This document shows positions 57,744 to 64,000 of a stretch of 64,000 bases of DNA, in pieces (positions within the stretch are counted from its first letter, which is position 1; every line of letters starts with the position of its first letter). The notes beneath the pieces were generated by a model. It worked only from the letters and a program-made list of their open reading frames with translations. It was not told the origin of the DNA and made no database searches. Location: NCBI GenBank assembly GCA_041674105.1, contig JBAYWK010000003.1, positions 11,971 to 75,970 of the forward strand. The letters are read 5' to 3'. A program made the translations under genes and the position numbers. Source of the stretch: Minisyncoccota bacterium (GTDB taxonomy: Bacteria > Patescibacteriota > Minisyncoccia > Phycocordibacterales > DATDWN01).

Positions 57744-60461
57744 ATGGAAAAGTACAATCAAAATTCTTTTAATTCTCCAGAAGATGAAATAAATTTTTTG
57801 CGAGAACAAATAGCTCAAAAAGAAAAGGAACTTTCGGAAAAAAACTATTCTGTAGATAAAAAACTTGTAGTCCAAGAACAAATTTCCAAGTACAAAAATA
57901 CTCTGTCAGAGGAGGTTTTAGATAAAGATTATAAGATTTCAGAAGACGACTTGGAGTCTTTTAAGCTCAAACTTTCTCCAGATCATCACGATAAAAAGAT
58001 AAAAGAACTTGTCGGTATTATGAATGAAAAAGGTATACACAATGCCCTTTCTGTTTTGTCTGGGTTGAAAGATCCGCATTTAGAGGACGATTTTCATAGA
58101 TTTTTAGTTCAATATTTTTCAGATGATAGGAAAGTAAAAGGTCTAAAGTCAAAAGAAGGTCTGTCTAGGGGTATAGGAATGAAACTATATGAGTTTGTAT
58201 TGCCGGACGAAGAGGAGGGTGAAAAAACAAAAACTCTAAAAGAAATAATCTCTGGTATGGAGCAGTTTTACTCTGGAATGCTTTCTATTTATTCAAAGAA
58301 ATCACAAAGTCATATCGTTATAGAGATAGCCAATGCAAATGACAGCGACCAGTTTGTTTTTTATGTGGCAGTACCAAAAGAGCACACAGACCTTTTTGAA
58401 AAACAAATAATATCTATTTTCCATAATGCCAGACTTACTGAGGTTGTGGATGATTACAATATTTTCAATGAAGATGGTATTTCTCTGGGCTCATACGCTG
58501 AGCTGAAAGAGAGTCCTGTTTATCCTATTAAAACATACGAGAATTTTGACCATGATCCAATGAATGTTATCTTGAATAGTTTCTCAAAAATAGAAAAAGA
58601 AGGAGAAGGTGCAGCATTACAAATCGTTTTGGCTCCACAAGGTGATTATTTTAATGATAAGTATTCTTTTGCTATAGACCAAATAGAAAAAGGGGCTGAT
58701 GTCAAAAAAGCAGTTTCCATGAAAGAATCTTTTGCAGGAGACCTTGGAAAAGTTTTAAAAGATTTGTTTAAAGCTCCAAAAGAAGAGGAAAAAAAAGAAA
58801 TAGATACTAATGCTATAGAAAAGATAAAAAGAAAAATAAGTGCTCCAATTTTAGCTACAAACATAAGAATCATTGCTTCAAGTAGGAATAGGTTGGGAGC
58901 GGAGAAGATCCTGAAAGAAATAGAATCTAGTTTCAACCAGTTTACTGATACAAACTCCAATGCTATAAAATGGCAAAGGCCAGAAAAAAAACCTTTGCAA
59001 AGGCTTTTTAGAGATTTTTCTTTTAGACTATATAATCCAACTCAGTTGGTTCCTCTAAATATTCACGAAATCAATACTATTTCTCATTTTCACACAACAA
59101 GGCTCTCACCAAACCCTCAACTCAGAAAAACTCAGTACGCCGAGGTTCCACCACCAAGTGAAATATCAAGTGCGGGAACTCTTTTAGGAATTAATTCCTA
59201 TAGAAATACTGACACAAAAATAAATATTTTGGATGAAGATAGGCTGAGACATTTTTATACCATTGGTCAGACGGGTACAGGAAAATCTACCCTACTAAAG
59301 AATATGATTATTCAGGATATAAAAAATGGTCACGGGGTCTGTATGATAGACCCTCATGGTATAGATATGATGGATATTATGGCCAACATTCCGAAAGATA
59401 GGTTTAATGATGTTATTTATTTTGATCCTAGTTATATAGAAAGACCTATGGCTCTAAATATGCTTGAGTACGATCCTCGTTTTCCAGAACAAAAAACTTT
59501 TGTGGTCAATGAGTTATTTAGTATTTTTCAAAAACTATATGGTGGTGCGCCAGAGTCTATGGGACCTATGTTTGAACAATATTTTAGAAACGCTACTATG
59601 CTTGTCATAGAAGATCCAGAAACAGGTTCTACTCTATTAGATGTTTCTAGGGTGATGTCCGATAAAACTTTTAGAGATCTAAAAATTTCTAGATGTAAAA
59701 ATCCTGTGGTAGTTGAGTTTTGGAAAGAAGTAGCAGAGAAAGCTGGTGGGGAAGCGACCTTAGCAAACATCGTACCGTACATCACAAGCAAGTTTGATGT
59801 CTTTTTGGCAAATGAAATAATGCGTCCGATAATTGCCCAAGAAAAGTCTTCTTTCAATTTTCGAGACATAATGGATAATAGAAAAATTCTTTTGGTAAAC
59901 CTTTCCAAAGGAAGACTTGGAGATATAAATGCAAACCTCATAGGACTTATTTTGGTCGGTAAAATACTAATGTCTGCTCTTTCTAGAGCCGATATTATTG
60001 GAAAAGATTTTCCACCGTTTTACCTTTATATAGACGAGTTTCAAAATGTAACTACAAATTCTATTTCTACTATTTTGTCTGAAGCTAGAAAATATAAACT
60101 TTCTCTAAATATTGCTCATCAGTTTATTGCGCAACTTGAAGAAGGTATAAGAGATGCTGTATTTGGGAATGTCGGCTCAATTGTTTCATTTAGGGTAGGT
60201 GCAGAAGATGCAGAGTATTTGGAAAAACAGTTTGCCCCAGTTTTTACAGCTCGCGATATTATGAATATAGACAATAGAAATGCTTATGTAAAAATGCTTA
60301 TTGCAGGTAGGCCGGCCAAAGCTTTCAATATGAAAACACTGCCTCCTCCAGAGGGAAATCCAAGTATAGTAGGTGCTCTAAAACAACTTTCCTACTTTAG
60401 TTATGGTGGAAATAAGGAAGAGATAGAAGCGGATATTTTGAAGAAATATAAGAAAAGGTAA
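57744..60461 (+). CDS. Large P-loop ATPase of the TraG/TraD/VirD4 (type IV coupling protein, TrwB/DUF87-like) type with a ~480-aa unknown N-terminal region
   Basis: Walker A FYTIGQTGTGKST, Walker B YLYIDEFQNV, and a C-terminal ARKYKLSLNIAHQFIAQL motif like TraG-D_C. Confidence 0.55.
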   Translation: MEKYNQNSFNSPEDEINFLREQIAQKEKELSEKNYSVDKKLVVQEQISKYKNTLSEEVLDKDYKISEDDLESFKLKLSPDHHDKKIKELVGIMNEKGIHNALSVLSGLKDPHLEDDFHRFLVQYFSDDRKVKGLKSKEGLSRGIGMKLYEFVLPDEEEGEKTKTLKEIISGMEQFYSGMLSIYSKKSQSHIVIEIANANDSDQFVFYVAVPKEHTDLFEKQIISIFHNARLTEVVDDYNIFNEDGISLGSYAELKESPVYPIKTYENFDHDPMNVILNSFSKIEKEGEGAALQIVLAPQGDYFNDKYSFAIDQIEKGADVKKAVSMKESFAGDLGKVLKDLFKAPKEEEKKEIDTNAIEKIKRKISAPILATNIRIIASSRNRLGAEKILKEIESSFNQFTDTNSNAIKWQRPEKKPLQRLFRDFSFRLYNPTQLVPLNIHEINTISHFHTTRLSPNPQLRKTQYAEVPPPSEISSAGTLLGINSYRNTDTKINILDEDRLRHFYTIGQTGTGKSTLLKNMIIQDIKNGHGVCMIDPHGIDMMDIMANIPKDRFNDVIYFDPSYIERPMALNMLEYDPRFPEQKTFVVNELFSIFQKLYGGAPESMGPMFEQYFRNATMLVIEDPETGSTLLDVSRVMSDKTFRDLKISRCKNPVVVEFWKEVAEKAGGEATLANIVPYITSKFDVFLANEIMRPIIAQEKSSFNFRDIMDNRKILLVNLSKGRLGDINANLIGLILVGKILMSALSRADIIGKDFPPFYLYIDEFQNVTTNSISTILSEARKYKLSLNIAHQFIAQLEEGIRDAVFGNVGSIVSFRVGAEDAEYLEKQFAPVFTARDIMNIDNRNAYVKMLIAGRPAKAFNMKTLPPPEGNPSIVGALKQLSYFSYGGNKEEIEADILKKYKKR

Positions 60462-60539
60462 AAGTGTCAAAGACCGTCTCTGACACTGTACTTGATTTTT
60501 TATGGTTTTTGGTGTTTAATTTGTTTCGGAGGGAAGATC

Positions 60540-60932
60540 ATGAGTCAGTCAGACAGGGAGATTCTAAGGCAATTAAGTCTTAGTCAGGCCAATTTAGCTA
60601 GAATTATTGGCACAAGTAGACAAGCGGTTAATGCTGGTATTAAAAAGGAAACTGATTATATAACGAGTTCAGTCGTTCTGATGATACATAAGGTTTTTGT
60701 ATTAGATGATGATCCAAGAAAATCTGTAGCAGAACAGATATTGCGTGATTTATTTTCTGTAAATGTTGAGTCTAATTTTTTAGTTACAGACCTTTTGGGT
60801 ATTAATTTAGATACAGAAAAAATTCAGTTAATACTAAACAATAAAGCTCTAAGAGATTCTTTGAGAGATAAAATTTCTCAGGTAATAAATAATTATTGCG
60901 ATAATTTCAAGAATTTTTTTGACACGCAATAA
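60540..60932 (+). CDS. XRE-like helix-turn-helix transcriptional regulator
   Basis: LSQANLARIIGTSRQAVNAGIKKE HTH. RBS GGAGGG. Start re-set to MSQSDRE. Confidence 0.6.
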   Translation: MSQSDREILRQLSLSQANLARIIGTSRQAVNAGIKKETDYITSSVVLMIHKVFVLDDDPRKSVAEQILRDLFSVNVESNFLVTDLLGINLDTEKIQLILNNKALRDSLRDKISQVINNYCDNFKNFFDTQ

Positions 60933-60937
60933 TCTTA

Positions 60938-60964
60938 AAACCGTCTTGAAAAAGACGGTTTTTC
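60938..60964 (+). terminator. Rho-independent terminator
   Basis: AAACCGTCTT-gaaa-AAGACGGTTT followed by TTTC. Confidence 0.75.
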
Positions 60965-61008
60965 TATGCAAGAATTTACTACAATATATTGTAGTAAAAA
61001 ATTTAGGT

Positions 61009-61042
61009 ATAAAAAAAGAGGTAACCGAAAACGTTGGTTACC
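61009..61042 (-). terminator. Terminator for the 61049..61321 minus-strand gene
   Basis: Minus strand: GGTAACC-aacgttttc-GGTTACC followed by TCTTTTTTTAT. Confidence 0.65.
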
Positions 61043-61048
61043 CCTGTC

Positions 61049-61321
61049 CTAGTCACGGTCTCCACGGGGGAGTCCGGCGTACATTGGGGTGTTTACATTT
61101 GGTATAACCCCTGTATGGCTTTTCTTTTTCCGTCTCGAGATTTCTCCCAAAACGGACTTTGTGAAAGAGTTGGCTTCATCCTGTCCAACTTCTTGGACGG
61201 AGAAGCTGTATGTCAGTTCCCACATCTCTAGTTTGGTTAGAGGAACACCGATTTCTCGGCACTTTTCCAAAACTTGAGATTTTACAATCTGGACCCTACG
61301 GGCCCATTCGTTTCTGTCCAT
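61049..61321 (-). CDS. Hypothetical protein (90 aa), GC-rich, driven by promoter module D
   Basis: SD AGGAGG before ATG (MDRNEWARR...). No recognisable motifs. Confidence 0.5.
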   Translation of the reverse strand: MDRNEWARRVQIVKSQVLEKCREIGVPLTKLEMWELTYSFSVQEVGQDEANSFTKSVLGEISRRKKKSHTGVIPNVNTPMYAGLPRGDRD

Positions 61322-61338
61322 TTGTCCTCCTATTATAT

Positions 61339-61368
61339 ATTATATCATACTTTGTATATAAAAGTCAA
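61339..61368 (-). promoter_or_regulatory. Promoter module D (minus strand): TTGACT-TTTATATACAAAGTATGA-TATAAT
   Basis: Reverse complement of 61339-61372 is AACTTGACTTTTATATACAAAGTATGATATAAT. Third copy of the island promoter module. Confidence 0.5.
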
Positions 61369-61404
61369 GTTATCCACAATTTTATAGGTAATTTAATCAA
61401 ATTA

Positions 61405-61432
61405 TTGATTTTTACAAAATTAATTGTATTAT
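61405..61432 (+). promoter_or_regulatory. Promoter (TTGATT-16-TATTAT) for the MGQA paralog, divergent from module D
   Basis: Followed by GGCAGGAGGTTTTTATGGGACAAGCAG, which matches module A from the SD through codon 4. Confidence 0.45.
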
Positions 61433-61450
61433 GGGTGGCAGGAGGTTTTT

Positions 61451-61738
61451 ATGGGACAAGCAGGTGTTGAACATGGAGTTACTATGCTATCGAATGCTAT
61501 CTTGTATCAGAGAATTGAAAAAATTATTTCTTTGATTCCAGACGACTTCGGTAATAAGGAGATCATTGTAAAATCTCTTAAAGGAATCCAAGATTCTTTG
61601 CCGTTTACGGCTCCTGGAGCTATAAACACGAGATGGTTTCAGGTATCAGGAGTTTTGGAGGTAAATCTTCCAGATCCAGACACAGCTCCTTGGGCAATGG
61701 AGATTGCAAAGATCTTTGCTGAGGATTTTGAAGAATGA
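61451..61738 (+). CDS. Small hypothetical protein beginning MGQAGVEHG (95 aa)
   Basis: Shares SD + ATGGGACAAGCAG with the 49601 gene but is otherwise dissimilar. GC-rich. Confidence 0.5.
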   Translation: MGQAGVEHGVTMLSNAILYQRIEKIISLIPDDFGNKEIIVKSLKGIQDSLPFTAPGAINTRWFQVSGVLEVNLPDPDTAPWAMEIAKIFAEDFEE

Positions 61739-61750
61739 AGCTAATAAAAA

Positions 61751-61780
61751 AGAGGCGACCTAGGGCGTCTCTTTTATTTT
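61751..61780 (+). terminator. Rho-independent terminator (approximate right edge of the island)
   Basis: AGAGGCG-acctaggg-CGTCTCT followed by TTTATTTT. Confidence 0.6.
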
Positions 61781-61804
61781 GGTTTCGAAAATTTTATTAA
61801 GTCT

Positions 61805-62260
61805 TTAGTTTAGTAGTTCATCTACTACAGACTTTACTACATCACCGTCTACTTTGCCCTTTAAATCCTTCATAATGGCTCCCATGAGCTGTCCAGCCTT
61901 AGTTTTGTCAGTTATACCCATTTCAGCTTTTTTGGCTTCTGCGACCTTCAAAACTTCATTTCTTGGCATTTGGGCGGGCAGAAAAGTCTCTAATATAGAA
62001 AGCTCGGCTTTTTCAGATTCGGCAAGTTCTGGACGACCTCCTTTTTCAAATTGTTCTATAGAATCTTTTCTTTGTTTAACAGCCTTACGGACTACATTTA
62101 AAGCATCTTCGTCTCCTAGTTCTTCTTGAGGAGTTCTCTTTGTGGCCACGAGTTCGTTTGTAAAAGAAGCAAGAAGTCCACGATAAACACCGAGCTCAAC
62201 TGTCTTTTTCTCCTTCATTGCTGTTTTTATTTTTTCTTTTATCTTTAGATGTAGTGACAT
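61805..62260 (-). CDS. yqeY: GatB/YqeY-domain protein
   Basis: 151 aa, YqeY family pattern (VYRGLLASF...AQMPRNEVLKV...GQLMGAIMKDLKGKVDGDVV). Confidence 0.8.
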   Translation of the reverse strand: MSLHLKIKEKIKTAMKEKKTVELGVYRGLLASFTNELVATKRTPQEELGDEDALNVVRKAVKQRKDSIEQFEKGGRPELAESEKAELSILETFLPAQMPRNEVLKVAEAKKAEMGITDKTKAGQLMGAIMKDLKGKVDGDVVKSVVDELLN

Positions 62261-62327
62261 AATAATTTAAAATTAAAATATAAAAAATATAATACCATAT
62301 TCCACTTATATTTGATAGAATACTCTT

Positions 62328-63371
62328 ATGGACACATTTACAATTTTGGCTGTTTTGGGGGGCATTATATTGGGTGTTTTGGTAATGTATTTGTTAAAAC
62401 CAAAAGGAAAAACAGACGATACTGGACTTAAACTTATTTTACAGCAAATAAATGAACTGAATAGAACGGTAGATAATAAAATAGGTGAAAATGCTAGAAA
62501 TATAAATGAGTCTGTTAGAACCCAGCTAGGTGAATCCGCAAACCTGATAAGGGAAGTAACCCAAGGACTTACAAAACTTGATGAGACAAATAAACAAGTT
62601 ATTTCTTTTGCTGATCAACTGAAAAATCTTCAAGATATTTTGAAGAATCCAAAACAAAGAGGAATATTGGGAGAATATTATTTGGAAACATTACTAAAAA
62701 ATGTCTTACCTCCAGGTCAATATCAAATGCAATATGGTTTTTCTAACGGCGAGATAGTAGATGCTGTGGTTTTTGTTAAAGACAAAATAATACCAATAGA
62801 CTCAAAATTTTCTTTGGAAAATTACAATAGACTGATGGAAGCTAAAGATCCTGCAGAAAAAGACAGGTTGGAAAAACTTTTTGTAAATGATTTAAAACTT
62901 AGAATAACTGAGACTTCAAAGTATATAAGACCTTCAGAGGGGACCATGGATTTTGCTTTTATGTTTATTCCTCATGAAGCTATTTATTATGATTTACTTA
63001 TAAACAAAATTGGAGCAGTAACAGAAGATACTGAAAATCTTATCCAGAGAGCAGCAGGAAAACACAAGGTTATTATAGTTTCCCCAACTTCTTTTTTGGC
63101 ATATCTTCAGACTGTTTTACAAGGTCTGAAAGCTATGCAAATAGAAGATCAAGCTAAAGATATTATAAAGAGAGTGGGGGAACTCGGAGAACATTTAAAG
63201 AAATATGAGATTTATCATGGAAAGTTAGGTAATTCTCTGGAGACTGTAGTCAACCATTTTAATGCTGGAAGCAAAGAATTTAAGAAAATAGATAAAGATA
63301 TTTTTAGGATAACAGGCGAATCTCCTGGTGTAGATGTGGTTGCTTTAGACAAGCCGGAAATAGATAATTAG
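62328..63371 (+). CDS. rmuC: DNA recombination protein RmuC
   Basis: N-terminal TM, coiled-coil, RmuC core (GILGEYYLETLLKNVLP..., FMFIPHEAIYYD). Confidence 0.8.
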   Translation: MDTFTILAVLGGIILGVLVMYLLKPKGKTDDTGLKLILQQINELNRTVDNKIGENARNINESVRTQLGESANLIREVTQGLTKLDETNKQVISFADQLKNLQDILKNPKQRGILGEYYLETLLKNVLPPGQYQMQYGFSNGEIVDAVVFVKDKIIPIDSKFSLENYNRLMEAKDPAEKDRLEKLFVNDLKLRITETSKYIRPSEGTMDFAFMFIPHEAIYYDLLINKIGAVTEDTENLIQRAAGKHKVIIVSPTSFLAYLQTVLQGLKAMQIEDQAKDIIKRVGELGEHLKKYEIYHGKLGNSLETVVNHFNAGSKEFKKIDKDIFRITGESPGVDVVALDKPEIDN

Positions 63372-63419
63372 GTCTAGGTATTGCATTTTTCCCTTAGTTT
63401 TTGTATGATTACTTTCGTT

Positions 63420-63740
63420 ATGGAATTTGCTGTAATACACACGGGAGGAAAGCAATACAAAGTCTCAAAAGGGGACACTGTTAAAATTGAGAAGATCAAA
63501 GGCACTTTCAAGGTGGGTGACAAGATAATTTTTGATAAAGTAATGCTTGTTGATGATGGAAAAGACGCAACTACTATAGGAACTCCTTATATTCCAAAAG
63601 CTTCTGTGGAAGCTACTCTAGCTGAAATCGGTAGAAACAAGACTATTGATGTCATAAAATATAAACAAAAAAGTAGGTATTTCAAGAAAAATGGTCACAG
63701 ACAACCTTGGTTTAAAGTAAAAATAGAGGGGATAAAATAA
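63420..63740 (+). CDS. rplU: 50S ribosomal protein L21
   Basis: MEFAVIHTGGKQYKVSKGDTVKIEKI is the L21 N-terminal signature. Start re-set to ATG 63420. Confidence 0.9.
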   Translation: MEFAVIHTGGKQYKVSKGDTVKIEKIKGTFKVGDKIIFDKVMLVDDGKDATTIGTPYIPKASVEATLAEIGRNKTIDVIKYKQKSRYFKKNGHRQPWFKVKIEGIK

Positions 63741-63764
63741 AAGAGCCTTTCGGCTCTTTTTATT
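63741..63764 (+). terminator. Rho-independent terminator after rplU
   Basis: AGAGCC-tttc-GGCTCT followed by TTTTTATT. Confidence 0.75.
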
Positions 63765-64000
63765 AGGGCGAGTCTTGGTTGGCAGAGTTTATTGTTTCGG
63801 CTGCCTATTTTTTTTACGTGTCTTTTTTGGTTTTGACTTTGGCTTTAGTTTTTTCAGTTCAAAGTGTTTAAGTAGGAATAGTAAAAGACTTTGGTGATCT
63901 TCAACTTTTTCTATGTCCTTTTGTATTCTATCAGCCCAATCCAACGCTTCTTTTAGCGCTGGCACAGACCCATTGGCCCTCCGTATCTCTGCTACTTGTG

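Noticed and set aside
63800-64000. Possible 3' end of a minus-strand gene at the right window edge
   Set aside because: Too little sequence is present and no ORF is in the track. It cannot be supported.

Overview
This is a low-GC (roughly one-third GC) bacterial chromosome segment, densely packed with housekeeping genes. Reading left to right: the rpoC 3' part, dnaG and rpoD; a UvrD/AddA-like helicase-nuclease; dsbA-like, uppP, pepF, hisS, truB and typA; eno and gpmI; a DEAD-box helicase; tRNA-Asn; hpf; the priA-def-fmt group; two mreB paralogs with holB-like, frr, rseP, proS, mreCD and mrdA; greA and lysS; and the mraZ-rsmH-ftsL-ftsI-murF division cluster. The small proteins, weak Shine-Dalgarno sites and archaeal-type short ProRS suggest a reduced-genome lineage, possibly CPR/Patescibacteria-like. 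That is my inference and is not proven. Several compositionally foreign (GC-rich) patches interrupt this backbone. (i) A GC-rich structured intergenic segment plus a 132-nt hairpin-rich repeat lie between truB and typA. A second copy of the same 132-nt repeat occurs about 8 kb away, and the terminal stem carries a compensatory G-C to A-T change between copies. (ii) A solitary GC-rich gene at 16750-17424 has a textbook sigma70 promoter and terminator. (iii) A GC-rich adenylate-kinase-like gene and a PEP-CTERM protein gene sit at 21.3-22.8 kb. (iv) An accessory island of about 14 kb spans roughly 47.4-61.8 kb. It begins inside the 3' end of murF, next to a tRNA-Glu, and ends before yqeY/rmuC/rplU. 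Within the island, GC-rich single-gene cassettes reuse near-identical promoter and terminator modules (TTGACT - palindromic TTGTATACAA - TATAAT), and four of them begin MGQ/MGE. The island also carries a CPBP/Abi-type intramembrane protease, an MliC lysozyme inhibitor, decayed gene fragments, an AlkD-like glycosylase, a TraG/VirD4-like coupling ATPase and an HTH regulator. Its most striking feature is an AT-rich, tightly packed five-gene cluster at 51430-55642. The core protein of that cluster (679 aa) fuses a GIY-YIG nuclease, a DUF2075-like P-loop ATPase and a LexA/UmuD-type S24 self-cleaving peptidase with an intact Ser/Lys dyad and a Cys-Gly scissile site. It is flanked by MazG-like and NUDIX nucleotide pyrophosphohydrolases and two unknown proteins. 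This is my top candidate for an undescribed damage- or phage-triggered defence system. No CRISPR array, rRNA or recognisable transposase or integrase was found.
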